From an uncultured bacterium (GTDB lineage Bacteria > Babelota > Babeliae > Babelales > Babelaceae): 64,000 nucleotides of DNA. A program made the translations under genes and the position numbers. The notes below the pieces were generated by a model, which saw only the letters and a program-made list of their open reading frames with translations, searched no databases and was not told the DNA's origin. The DNA lies in the NCBI GenBank assembly GCA_963819815.1, contig CAWFXL010000001.1, forward strand, positions 768,001 to 832,000, read 5' to 3'. Below are positions 39,271 through 53,347 of the stretch, piece after piece (position 1 is the stretch's first letter; every line of letters begins with the position of its first letter).

Positions 39271-39715
39271 GGTCTCTCTCTTCATATCGAATGTCGAGAC
39301 CCCGAGGCAATTGCTCAATAACGGGAAGTACTGCACGTAGCATAGCATTAAAAAGAGGTATTTTAGTAAGATATTCTTGATATAAAGCATGCTCTTGTAG
39401 GTGTTCTGAACGCCGGAAAAGGATAACCGCGCGTTGGGCCTCCATAAATTCTTCAACAAGGTACGGGGTTACCAGCTTTTCTTGCGCAAGTTCATAGAGA
39501 ACGTGGGCAGCTTGATCTTCTTCGGGAGCTTTTTCAGCACTAAAGTACGCATGGTAGACCTCTTTGAGGAGCTCTTCAGTGATCACCATGCACTCTATGA
39601 ACTCAACAACCGGTTCTGCTCCAGCTTGAAATGGGGAAGAAAGCTTATCTTCTAACCCCTGTAGAGAATCCTGTAACTCAGCAATAATGTTCTGATACGA
39701 TTCTTTTTCATTCAT
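39257..39715 (-). CDS. Acidic helical protein, probable degenerate HEPN/HI0074-like fold
   Basis: Same helix pattern as neighbouring paralogs (LQDSLQGLEDKL; VLYELAQEKLVT; KIPLFNAML). Confidence 0.5.
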   Translation of the reverse strand: MNEKESYQNIIAELQDSLQGLEDKLSSPFQAGAEPVVEFIECMVITEELLKEVYHAYFSAEKAPEEDQAAHVLYELAQEKLVTPYLVEEFMEAQRAVILFRRSEHLQEHALYQEYLTKIPLFNAMLRAVLPVIEQLPRGLDIRYEERDHEEE

Positions 39716-39839
39716 ACTTCGTCCTTTGCATCGACCGACACTCTTTGTGTACCCGACTTCAAACGGAGCTTCGAAGCTCTCTCAAAATCCTTTGCCAACT
39801 TACACTAGTGAGATAGCACATGCATAGTATAAGCGAGCT

Positions 39840-40349
39840 CTAGTGCTGCTCAATTAAGGTGAGCATTTCATGCATCGTTTCGTAGTAGATACAAATCTTC
39901 TTACAACTCTCCTTGAGAAACTCCTGCTCAAGATACGAAACTCCAGGCCATCGAGCGGTCTCTAGGAAAAGTACAAACTTTTTCATATCGAGAAGGACAT
40001 CAACCTGCTGCTGAGTGATTCTCTGGTCTGACTGTAACTCACGTAGCTGCAAAGCCCTCACCTCCCATACCCATGCTGATTGGTCAACTTCAGGATACAG
40101 ACTATCTAAATATTCTGGAAGAATAATCCCATCAAATATCCAGTACGACTCTAAAAAATAGGATATACAGGCAACTTCTTCATCATACGTTAAGTCGGAC
40201 GACTTTTTAACAAGGTCGTCCAATGCGCTAAAATTTTCATTAAAGGTATGAAGGTAGTGTCTATTTGATTGTCTTCGTTGAAGATAGAAATATAAGATGA
40301 TGCCACCTAAGATAACTCCGTAGATAAGTAGTTTCACAATAAGATCCAT
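39840..40349 (-). CDS. Membrane-anchored probable degenerate HEPN-like protein
   Basis: N-terminal TM; ITQQQVDVLLDM, CKKICIYYETM resembles CKKLPRYYHIL of 40802..41326. Confidence 0.5.
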   Translation of the reverse strand: MDLIVKLLIYGVILGGIILYFYLQRRQSNRHYLHTFNENFSALDDLVKKSSDLTYDEEVACISYFLESYWIFDGIILPEYLDSLYPEVDQSAWVWEVRALQLRELQSDQRITQQQVDVLLDMKKFVLFLETARWPGVSYLEQEFLKESCKKICIYYETMHEMLTLIEQH

Positions 40350-40380
40350 ATCTAACTCCTACAGGTAACTACGAAATTTC

Positions 40381-40815
40381 TTAAAGAGCATGCTTACACA
40401 TAGTAGAATCGACGACTTTTTTAAGGAGCTGGTACAATGGTTCAGCACAAAGTTCAATAATCTTCTCTTCAGAATCAACGTCAACGTGACAAACTCGAGA
40501 TGCCATAGTAATTGCTGTAAGTCTGAGAAATAGCTCCTCATCTTCCCCGTCAAGAACACCTTTCTTTACAAAGTACTCAGCTATCTGCTCAGGATCCATG
40601 TTAGTTTGCTCTTCTTCAGGTAGCCCAGTAATCTCGCAAAGATAGGTAAAAAGAGCCATAAAACCTACGTTAAATCGCCTCATAAGAGCTTGATTCCTAA
40701 TAAATTTTGGCACTTCAGGTGCATCAAGGCTCATAAATTCACCGAATAGCTCTACACTATAAGCAAGATCTGCATGGAGATTTGAAGCTGTTTTCTTTTG
40801 ATTAGAATAGTTCAT
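40381..40815 (-). CDS. Degenerate HEPN/HI0074-like protein, type B3
   Basis: RNQALMRRF..F..L..YL, PEQIAEYFVKKGVL; overlaps upstream partner by 14 nt. Confidence 0.6.
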   Translation of the reverse strand: MNYSNQKKTASNLHADLAYSVELFGEFMSLDAPEVPKFIRNQALMRRFNVGFMALFTYLCEITGLPEEEQTNMDPEQIAEYFVKKGVLDGEDEELFLRLTAITMASRVCHVDVDSEEKIIELCAEPLYQLLKKVVDSTMCKHAL

Positions 40816-41326
40816 GTTCAGACTCCTCCGTCACTACCGATAATCTTTGAGAAAGCATCCCCGAAAAATTTGTCAGTATATGATAATAGCGAGGCAACTT
40901 CTTGCAATGGTCATCAAATACCTCGAGCTGTTCAGGCATCTCCCACCAACCTTTATCTAGAGATAAAAACTGCGCAGCCCCAATAAACTCAATAATATCA
41001 ACATATTCTTTGTCAGTAAGCAGTCCCTCGTTGTATAGGGCAAAGAGTACTATACTAATAGCCCGGTCTTGTTCCGTTTCCTCTTCATGGTGGTGCCCCT
41101 CTTCTTCCCCAGATGGAAGCATAGGATCATACATCATTTCAAGAAGGTGGGAAAAGGTATAAAAACACCTATTCAAAACTTCAAGTCGAGCCTCAAGGAT
41201 CATGCGTTCAATGAGAGGATCTTTTGGTGACCGTGGCACAGAAGATTCGAACTGCTCTTGAAGGAGGCTTAACCGAGCATTCAGCTCTTGAAAGACATCA
41301 ATGTCTACTTTATTGAGTAATGTCAT
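40802..41326 (-). CDS. Degenerate HEPN/HI0074-like protein, type A3
   Basis: ILEARL, LYNEGLLT, LPRYY, FSGML.QRL shared with 41902..42399. Confidence 0.6.
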   Translation of the reverse strand: MTLLNKVDIDVFQELNARLSLLQEQFESSVPRSPKDPLIERMILEARLEVLNRCFYTFSHLLEMMYDPMLPSGEEEGHHHEEETEQDRAISIVLFALYNEGLLTDKEYVDIIEFIGAAQFLSLDKGWWEMPEQLEVFDDHCKKLPRYYHILTNFSGMLSQRLSVVTEESEHELF

Positions 41327-41465
41327 GCTCGTACCCTTTCAACTGCATCCTGGTTTCAGACGAGGTTTGCTAACCAGAACGATTATGTAAACTTCACTAT
41401 ACACGCACTACAATGTACACGATTCTCAAAAAAAACCCAGAACTGTGGCTCCCAAGGATCTGACT

Positions 41466-41915
41466 TTAGAGAGGAGAATGGGAACTACCCAAATCAACAA
41501 CTTTCTTAAGAAATGCATACACCCGCTGAACGTTTATCATAATCTTCTCTTCATCAGGATATTTACCATGAGATGACCATCGAATCGCCATATACATACT
41601 TGCAAGCATGACATACGATTCTTTGTCGCTCTCTTCAAATAAGCCCTTCTTAATAAAATAGTCAGCAAACTCTTCAGGCTGCTTTTGTACAGACCCATCC
41701 TGTTGTACGAAATCATCAGGCATCGATGACGCCTCACGCAGATAGGCAAAAAGAATAACGAAGCTTAAGCTCAGGCGACGCATACATGCTTGATTACGTA
41801 TAAAACTTGGTATATCAGATGGCTCATGATGCAAAAAAGTACCAAAGAGTTCAACCGTCTGCGTAAGATCTGCAATCACTGAAGATGATGCTTTTTCTTT
41901 ATCATGTGCGTGCAT
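41466..41915 (-). CDS. Degenerate HEPN/HI0074-like protein, type B2
   Basis: ADL..VELFG.F, RNQACMRRL, PEEFADYFIKKGLF; 14-nt overlap with partner. Confidence 0.6.
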   Translation of the reverse strand: MHAHDKEKASSSVIADLTQTVELFGTFLHHEPSDIPSFIRNQACMRRLSLSFVILFAYLREASSMPDDFVQQDGSVQKQPEEFADYFIKKGLFEESDKESYVMLASMYMAIRWSSHGKYPDEEKIMINVQRVYAFLKKVVDLGSSHSPL

Positions 41916-42399
41916 GTTCAGACTCCTTGCTAACTACTAATCGTTGAGTAAGCATCCCCGAGAAAGTACTGAGACTATGATAGTAGCGAGATAACCTATT
42001 ACTGCGATCATCAAATATCTTATGTTTTTCAGAACTATTCAGCCAACATCTATCAGCAAACAGAAGCATCCCCGACTCAAAGAGCTCAACAAGAGCATCT
42101 ACTTCTTTTGGCGATAACATTTTCTCCCGGTACATCCAACCGATTAGTTCACCAAGAGCATTCTCGGGATTACTTCCCTCTTTCTTACTCAGATCAGAGC
42201 CGGTATACATAGATAGCAGAAGTTCGCGCAGCGTTGACTGACACTGCCAAAACGCATGAATCCGCGCCTCTAAAATTATGTTTCGGGTAACTGGATTCTT
42301 CGAAGCACGTGGAGCTAACGGTCCAAAGTGCTCTTGAAGACGTGCTAACTGATAATTAAAGTCTTCAAAGAGGCGCATATCAATTTTAAAGATGGCCAT
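41902..42399 (-). CDS. Degenerate HEPN/HI0074-like protein, type A2
   Basis: FEDFNYQLARLQE, ILEARIHAF, MYREKMLS, LSRYY. Confidence 0.6.
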   Translation of the reverse strand: MAIFKIDMRLFEDFNYQLARLQEHFGPLAPRASKNPVTRNIILEARIHAFWQCQSTLRELLLSMYTGSDLSKKEGSNPENALGELIGWMYREKMLSPKEVDALVELFESGMLLFADRCWLNSSEKHKIFDDRSNRLSRYYHSLSTFSGMLTQRLVVSKESEHART

Positions 42400-42411
42400 G
42401 GCGTATCCTTA

Positions 42412-42864
42412 TTAGAGGGCTGCTTCGAGTCCTGCCCTGGTAACTGGCATAATCGTTTGGAACCCAATAAACTTTTCCACAAAATCACACATACGAGGAA
42501 TATCTTTTAACAGATCATCATTTGAGCCATCAAAACCTTGGTCATAGTAGCTCAAACTTGCATAGATCATACTCATCTGAATCACCATCCGCTCATCATC
42601 AACAGTAAGCACATTGCATCTGCGACATCGGTTGATAATATTTTCCATGCCGAGCGACTCTTTTTCAGGGCTCAAACGTGATATCAAATAATTAAGAAAA
42701 GCAAAATACAGAACACAGTACCGACGTGCAACTGCAAAACGGTATACTTTAGTTCCGCCGTAGAGTCCGGTTGTCTCCTGCTTAAATAAAGAGCGTAATT
42801 TTAAGAGTGAGCTTTGCGCTTGTAATACCTGAAATTCATAAGAATCGTTAATGACCTTCGTCAT
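42412..42864 (-). CDS. Degenerate HEPN/HI0074-like protein, type B1
   Basis: RFAVARRY..LY..F..YL, IQM...LSYYD, LKDIPR; 17-nt overlap with partner. Confidence 0.6.
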   Translation of the reverse strand: MTKVINDSYEFQVLQAQSSLLKLRSLFKQETTGLYGGTKVYRFAVARRYCVLYFAFLNYLISRLSPEKESLGMENIINRCRRCNVLTVDDERMVIQMSMIYASLSYYDQGFDGSNDDLLKDIPRMCDFVEKFIGFQTIMPVTRAGLEAAL

Positions 42865-43339
42865 TTTTCTCCTCGTAATCTAGTAGGGTACACTGAGAAC
42901 TTACTTCATGTAGGAGACTACTCATGTTTCTATAATGTAAGGATATTTCCTGGATACCTCCATCAAATATACGGCGGTCTTCGTCAGACTCTAACCAGTT
43001 TCTATCAAGCGTTAAAAATTCTGCTAACTCAAGTTGGTTCAACAAGCTATGGGCCTGCTCATCATCAATAATATCGAGCATACATAACGTAATCACACCG
43101 GTTTCAATATCCCTGGGCATATCATCCTCAGCATTCTGAGTATGGATATCACCTATCATATTTCTCAACACATCGGACGTACGAACAAATGAAAATATTT
43201 GGGCATCTCGGACGAGCGCCCTATAGATGGGATCCTTCTGGAGTACATTAACTGAAAGCACATCATTCAATTCAAATAAAGACTTGCACAAGTCTTCAAT
43301 AACATCACCATGAACAACCACTGCATCTTCTCCAAACAC
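42848..43339 (-). CDS. Degenerate HEPN/HI0074-like protein, type A1 (start uncertain)
   Basis: LCKSLFELNDVL, RDAQIFSF (cf. RDxxIQRF), IIDDE, IFD..I..HY. Confidence 0.6.
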   Translation of the reverse strand: MFGEDAVVVHGDVIEDLCKSLFELNDVLSVNVLQKDPIYRALVRDAQIFSFVRTSDVLRNMIGDIHTQNAEDDMPRDIETGVITLCMLDIIDDEQAHSLLNQLELAEFLTLDRNWLESDEDRRIFDGGIQEISLHYRNMSSLLHEVSSQCTLLDYEEKNDEGH

Positions 43340-43342
43340 TAT

Positions 43343-43373
43343 GAAAAGACCCCAGCCTTACATAGCTGAGGTC
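43343..43373 (-). terminator. rRNA operon terminator
   Basis: On minus strand GACCTCAGCT-loop-AGCTGGGGTC-TTTT immediately after 5S. Confidence 0.75.
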
Positions 43374-43386
43374 CTTCTAAGTTTAA

Positions 43387-43503
43387 CCCTGGCAGTACCT
43401 ACTTTTCCAGGCCGTCACCAGCCAAGTATCATCGGCGCTGTAGACTTAACTTCCGTATTCGGAATGGGAACGGGTGTTTCCCTACAGCTATACCCACCAG
43501 GAA
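43387..43503 (-). rRNA. rrf: 5S rRNA
   Basis: CCTGGTGG...CACCCGTTCCCATTCCGAATACGGAAGTTAAG...CTGCCAGG. Confidence 0.96.
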
Positions 43504-43612
43504 ATTTTCTATGATCATATGTCAAAAGTTTATCTTGCGGATGAAATATTTGTAGAACATGTATATACTTTAATTACTTACATCTCTATAAGGTATGTCT
43601 AATAATATTAAA

Positions 43613-46637
<3,025 letters not shown>

Positions 46638-46791
46638 AAATTTAGCTAGTTACCCATATTAGCTTAAGTACTTAATTTACAAATATTTCAAAGAACACAA
46701 GAAATTTTTTATCACTACAATAATTTCATATAATACTACGAAAATTTTATCAAAATACTTACTAAGAATACATTCTAAAATCAGCTATTAT

Positions 46792-46867
46792 TGGTGGAGA
46801 TGAGCGGATTCGAACCGCTGACCTTCCGCGTGCAAAACGGACGCTCTACCAACTGAGCTACACCCCC
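46792..46867 (-). tRNA. tRNA-Ala (TGC)
   Basis: Cloverleaf in the ITS, loop TT-TGC-AC, CCA end. Confidence 0.97.
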
Positions 46868-46925
46868 TATAATTTCATCAGAATAAACTCTATAGCCTAC
46901 AGTCAACCAATCATACAAATTTTAT

Positions 46926-47002
46926 TGGTGGGCCTAAGTCGACTCGAACGACTGACCTCCCCGTTATCAGCGGGGTGCTCTAACCACCTGAGCTATAGGC
47001 CC
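46926..47002 (-). tRNA. tRNA-Ile (GAT)
   Basis: Cloverleaf in the ITS, loop CT-GAT-AA, CCA end. Confidence 0.97.
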
Positions 47003-47097
47003 ATGAATCTGAAGCCTACCAGCTTCTATATAGAACTCCATTTAATACACACCTTATATAGAACAAGCTATAAATGCTGTTCAGATTATCTCCCTCG

Positions 47098-48646
<1,549 letters not shown>

Positions 48647-48909
48647 AAAATTGTGTTTTAGAGTTCGTTGATCTCAAGCTCAAAGGTTTTTTTGGAATTT
48701 TCGTATATTTCAAAGAAATAATTTTTTAACGATGCCAAAGCAGGCAATATTCTCAAAAGATATTACCCTTCAATGCATCTGGTAAATTTCAGAAATTTTT
48801 TACCCACTACTACTACAAGATATGAACTTAATTATATATAAAAAAACAATGATTTCAAGTTTTTGTTTCTGAGCTGAAACGTGATTCCGAATACGTCAAC
48901 TTGATTCTT

Positions 48910-48937
48910 ATTGTAACATCTTTAACAGGACTGTCAA
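48910..48937 (-). promoter_or_regulatory. rrn promoter (proximal, P2-like)
   Basis: TTGACA-N16-TACAAT. Confidence 0.8.
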
Positions 48938-49067
48938 CATTATTTCCATATCCTAAAAAGCTTGATCCAGACAGACAAAATGCAAAAACACCTGTGCAGG
49001 TTTGCAAAAAACTTTTGCCTTTGGACGACTTAGGGATAGCAAGCTTGTAGGTATATTTTTTATTCTT

Positions 49068-49095
49068 ATTGTAATAAGTTTATTTGAAATGTCAA
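49068..49095 (-). promoter_or_regulatory. rrn promoter (distal, P1-like)
   Basis: TTGACA-N16-TACAAT. Confidence 0.8.
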
Positions 49096-49280
49096 CATTT
49101 CTTTTCGTGGATTAAAAGTTCGATCCAGAGGCAACAAGTGTTATTAGGCATTCCAAAACAATATATAGCTGGCACGGGTCGTCACAGTCTAGCTAAATAT
49201 ACGTTCCACAAAGATATCAACTATGGGGACCTTTAATCAAAGGACAATGTTTTCTACTTTAAAGCTTTATCTCAAACTCA

Positions 49281-51125
49281 TTACTTGAGTAAATCCTGGA
49301 ATCGACCGGTATTAATTTGGGCCTCGCAATAGAGATCTTCATATAAACGATCAAAGATATAAGCACCAAGACGTAATCCTAAAACTACTTTCTTTCGTTG
49401 CTCTGGATCGTCCATACATGGCTCAATGATTTTAAAGAACTCTTCGGCATGGATCTTATCAATGTCCGCATGAAGATTATAGTGCACTAAATCATCTTTC
49501 TTTACCCAACCGCGTCTAACTACCATTTCTGCAAGTAACGCGGAAATATCAGCAAATGCATATTCAATAATTCCATCACAGGCGATCGCAACAATTGGAT
49601 CTTCATGGGAGCAGGTGCCCATCAAGGTAGAGTTGAACATTGTTACCGATGATGCTGGTAACAACTTTTGCATATACTCATTCGTTACCCCAATAGTACT
49701 TAAAAACTTTTTGAAGGTGTTTGAATGGTATGCTTCTTTATTGAAATCACCATGTTCTTCCACGATATTGTGAATAATATCAATTCTAGACTCATGCAAT
49801 GGCAAGCGGGCTACCAAAGCAGCCATGGGTCGAGAAAAATAATCAACCGCATAGAAAAACTGCGCTTGAGCAGATTTAAATGTTTCCTTATCCATAGTTG
49901 ATAAATCTTTAAAGAATGAACCCTCAATAACTGGAATTTCTTGCAATGTAGCATCCGCAAGTTCTTTGACTCGTGGAGCTAAAGGAGCTTTAGGCTTACA
50001 TCCGAGGAAAAAGTTTCGATAAAAGAAGCTTCTATCAGTATCTGAAAATTCTTGTGATGCCTTTAGATCCCACGTAAACATTGATCCAATCTTTGGTATA
50101 TCAATATTTGAATTCAGCTGACGAATAATAATAACGCCACCCGGCTTTAATGCACGGTAGGCAAGCTGCAATGTTTTTTCCGCTTCCTTAGGCGTTAGCC
50201 AATCGAGGATATTTGATACATGAATTACTTCATACTGTTCAGCTTTTGCACCTTCTAAAAAGTTATTCATCAATCCTTGATAATAGGCAATGGGAGGAAG
50301 TGGTCGAATCTGTGACGCCGAAAGCCATGGGAACATAACATCCCCGTGAAAATGGCCCAACAACAAATGAGCTAACCAGGGTGATGAGGATGCTAAATGG
50401 TGCGAAACGTACCGGCGAATTCTTTGAGCAAAGTGGCGAGAAAAGTCCTGAACCCTATTTGCCGTCGCTTTTTCTCCAAATAATTTTACCAAATTATCTT
50501 GAGACATAATCTTATCAAGTCCTGTATCTAGTGCCGATCCTAAGGGAGATTGGGGGGCAAGCATTTTCACCTGATCATCAATAGTAGTGGCGGTAAAAAG
50601 AGCTTCTAGTTCTTTTTTATAGGGAGCAAGTTCATTACGCAAAGCCTCAAAAACCTTTTCATAACGGCCTTCATTATCAAATCCATTGTGCGCAATTTGT
50701 GCCATATCTCCAAAAATTATTGGATTAATATCAAGAGCTTGTAAGTAACCTTGAGTAATAGTTGCACGTTCGGCTGCAGGCAAAGGAAGATACCCCAGAA
50801 TTTCTAATCTTTTTTTCGGAGGAAGAAAAAGTAATTGTATCTTTAATTTTGATAGTGCCAACTGTGCTGGATTTGGATCAACCAGCGTTAAATCCTTAAG
50901 AGGTGCTTGGGCAGCAAGCAATGCGGCGGTGCAACCACCTGATGCCACCATAGCCATAGAAACCGTTTGTTCAGGGAAATATCGTTTTATTATAGCTAGA
51001 TCTTGTACAGAGTCTTCCCGGACAATAGAAAATGCTATAGGTTGTTTACAGGCCTGTTCAGCATAGTTTGCATATACAAAGTTACCTAACAAACAGGGTA
51101 GCGCTAGTGTAATTATTCTTTTCAT
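49281..51125 (-). CDS. Fusion: DUF3419/BtaA-like SAM-dependent domain + heme-oxygenase-like diiron oxidase (CADD/PqqC-like)
   Basis: FSIVREDS, VASGGCT, VDPNPAQL, GRYE, SNILDWL, LKPGG, DRSFFY; then NIVEEHG..H, IEY, HADIDKIH. Confidence 0.8.
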   Translation of the reverse strand: MKRIITLALPCLLGNFVYANYAEQACKQPIAFSIVREDSVQDLAIIKRYFPEQTVSMAMVASGGCTAALLAAQAPLKDLTLVDPNPAQLALSKLKIQLLFLPPKKRLEILGYLPLPAAERATITQGYLQALDINPIIFGDMAQIAHNGFDNEGRYEKVFEALRNELAPYKKELEALFTATTIDDQVKMLAPQSPLGSALDTGLDKIMSQDNLVKLFGEKATANRVQDFSRHFAQRIRRYVSHHLASSSPWLAHLLLGHFHGDVMFPWLSASQIRPLPPIAYYQGLMNNFLEGAKAEQYEVIHVSNILDWLTPKEAEKTLQLAYRALKPGGVIIIRQLNSNIDIPKIGSMFTWDLKASQEFSDTDRSFFYRNFFLGCKPKAPLAPRVKELADATLQEIPVIEGSFFKDLSTMDKETFKSAQAQFFYAVDYFSRPMAALVARLPLHESRIDIIHNIVEEHGDFNKEAYHSNTFKKFLSTIGVTNEYMQKLLPASSVTMFNSTLMGTCSHEDPIVAIACDGIIEYAFADISALLAEMVVRRGWVKKDDLVHYNLHADIDKIHAEEFFKIIEPCMDDPEQRKKVVLGLRLGAYIFDRLYEDLYCEAQINTGRFQDLLK

Positions 51126-51136
51126 AGTTCATCCTC

Positions 51137-52105
51137 TTAAATTTGGTCTGAAGTTAAGCAGTTAAAGTCAACGGTATCCATACCATAACTCACTATTTGT
51201 GCCGTTGATGATGGATGCCCCAGTAGCTCCTTAAAGTCATTATCAAGAGGTGTTCCCTCGACTGCACAAACCATGTGGGTGGCTCCTTCCTGGGGATCAT
51301 ATGTGGCCATTCCCGGCTTAATATGCAACAATTTCCAAGGACGTGTTTCGCCCGTTAGTTTATTCTTGATCACATAATCTTTATTGCCAGATGTTGATAT
51401 CGTCCCAATTGATGCATTCTCGTTCAAATAGCCCGAGCGCTTATAACTTTTTTCAAGTGCACTCCTATGTTCGAGAGCCTGTTCATAAGAAAGATTATAT
51501 AAATTGAGTGTTTCGGTTTTCATTCCAGCAATTTTGCCATGCTTTTTAAAAATTGAAGCTGCTCGAGGATCCCCATCTGCAGGATTCATACAAATTGCAA
51601 AACCTCGTGGACATTGTATAAAACGAACAAGTCCATTTTTATGTGCCATCGTGGTAGGCAAATGTTCACCTTGATATTTTTCATTCACTTTTAAATCGCA
51701 CATATACCAAGCACGTAATGGCCGATTGTCCTTATCTTTTAGAATTCTTAATACGCAGCAACCCACAGCAGCAATCTCACCGGTCATCTGTTGCACCGTC
51801 ACTTCTTGCTCTTGTACTTTTTTAGTAACTGCTTTTTCTTGTTTTGCTGTTGCAACGTAATAATATGGCTTACCTAGCTGTTTGAAGAATGCAAAATAAT
51901 CACCTTTCAGTCCATGCTGAATCGTAAATTCTTCTTGATCACTGAACGGATACGCAAATGTCTTTTCAAATTGCTGTAACTGAGTAATGACTTCAGGGGA
52001 TAGATTATCAGTAGGTACTTGTCTGATATCAAAGCCATTGTTGGGAAATAACCCAATGAACGCTGCTGCCAATAATTTAAAAAGTATAATCAAATTCATA
52101 TTCAA
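51137..52105 (-). CDS. GNAT-like acyltransferase-fold protein
   Basis: WYMCDLKVNEKYQGEHL resembles the GNAT acyl-CoA motif; 11 nt upstream of the fusion gene. Confidence 0.6.
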   Translation of the reverse strand: MNMNLIILFKLLAAAFIGLFPNNGFDIRQVPTDNLSPEVITQLQQFEKTFAYPFSDQEEFTIQHGLKGDYFAFFKQLGKPYYYVATAKQEKAVTKKVQEQEVTVQQMTGEIAAVGCCVLRILKDKDNRPLRAWYMCDLKVNEKYQGEHLPTTMAHKNGLVRFIQCPRGFAICMNPADGDPRAASIFKKHGKIAGMKTETLNLYNLSYEQALEHRSALEKSYKRSGYLNENASIGTISTSGNKDYVIKNKLTGETRPWKLLHIKPGMATYDPQEGATHMVCAVEGTPLDNDFKELLGHPSSTAQIVSYGMDTVDFNCLTSDQI

Positions 52106-52504
52106 TCCTTTCTCACATAGAGGTCAGAGGTACATCACTTGATATTTAGATTAGCCATCACATATGCCGTGAAAGCATTTCTATCACGCAAAATCCTCTT
52201 GTATAAAAGTATAGATAATTAATAAAATATATCAATTGGAAAATATTTGGGAGGGCTTTGCATAAAGTTTCTTCTAATTTGTCATATATAGGTTTAGCTT
52301 GTTTTGCTTTGTCCGACCCACTTTAAACTAAGGATATTGATATGGATGGTAAAGGCAACTGGTGCCCTGGTTCATACCATAGGTATCCAGGCAACATGAA
52401 TTGTTCATATTTCTGGTAAAGTGATATGTTCCGCTTTTTTTAGCCTCAATAGCCATCATGGCTCGCTGCACCCTATGCCAAATGGAAATGGGCTAAAGCA
52501 GGCG

Positions 52505-52571
52505 TCACAATATAAACTTTCTTGAAATTATTACGAAATGCGTCATAATATAAAGGAAACTTATATTATGA
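52505..52571 (+). promoter_or_regulatory. Putative AbiEi operator (inverted repeat) overlapping promoter
   Basis: TCATAATATAA-N7-TTATATTATGA (52543-52571); related half-site TCACAATATAA at 52505. Confidence 0.65.
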
Positions 52572-52582
52572 TAGGATAAAGT

Positions 52583-53347
52583 ATGGAATACAGATTTATC
52601 AAGCATTTAACGGAGCAGGGGGTGCGTCTCTTCACGACAGAACAGGCACGAGTCTATGCTAAACAGGTAGGTTTGGATGAGAGTACTATTACACCTCGAT
52701 TGTATCGGTTACACAAAAAGGGGCTTATAGAGCGGGTTATGAAGGGTCTTTACTGTCTAGCACCTGAATTTTTGGGAGGAATACCTCTTCATGAATACGA
52801 AATAGCCACAGCACTGACAACGCCAAGCTGCATAGCCTATTTCTCGGCGTACAGTTATCACAAGCTTACCGATCAAATAAGCTCAACTATCTATATCCTT
52901 GCACCTGATACTCCCAATACACCTCATTCCTATAACAGCTACAAGATAAAAGGTATTACCTACAAAATTCTTCGGACCCAAGAAGAGCACTTTTTTGGAT
53001 ATGAAAAACAATGGGTGAACCAAGTACTTATACCTATCACCGATCGAGAGCGCACTCTGATCGATGGTCTCATAAGACCTGATTATTGTGGTGGGTTTAG
53101 AGAAGTACTGGATGCCTACTCGCAAGCTATTAATACACTTGATATACAAAAAATAATCTCGTATGCTCAAAGAATAAACAACGCCACCTGTAAGAGGCTC
53201 GGATGGATACTGAGCACTCTCGAAATTGAAGACCGTCTTCTTACTCCCTTACTTACAAGATCCTCACCAAGTTATTCAAAACTCAATCCATCTGGCCCTC
53301 AAAAGGGGATCTGGAACAAAAAATGGCATATCTTGGAGAATCTATGA
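52583..53347 (+). CDS. abiEi: Type IV toxin-antitoxin AbiEi-family antitoxin
   Basis: N-terminal wHTH (L.RL.KKG.IERV.KGLY), SAYSYHKLTDQI, TDRERTLID....PDYCGG, KRLGWIL. Confidence 0.9.
   Translation: MEYRFIKHLTEQGVRLFTTEQARVYAKQVGLDESTITPRLYRLHKKGLIERVMKGLYCLAPEFLGGIPLHEYEIATALTTPSCIAYFSAYSYHKLTDQISSTIYILAPDTPNTPHSYNSYKIKGITYKILRTQEEHFFGYEKQWVNQVLIPITDRERTLIDGLIRPDYCGGFREVLDAYSQAINTLDIQKIISYAQRINNATCKRLGWILSTLEIEDRLLTPLLTRSSPSYSKLNPSGPQKGIWNKKWHILENL

Noticed and set aside
52140..52480. Possible decayed gene fragments upstream of the GNAT gene
   Set aside because: Fragments read protein-like on the minus strand but cannot be assigned without a search
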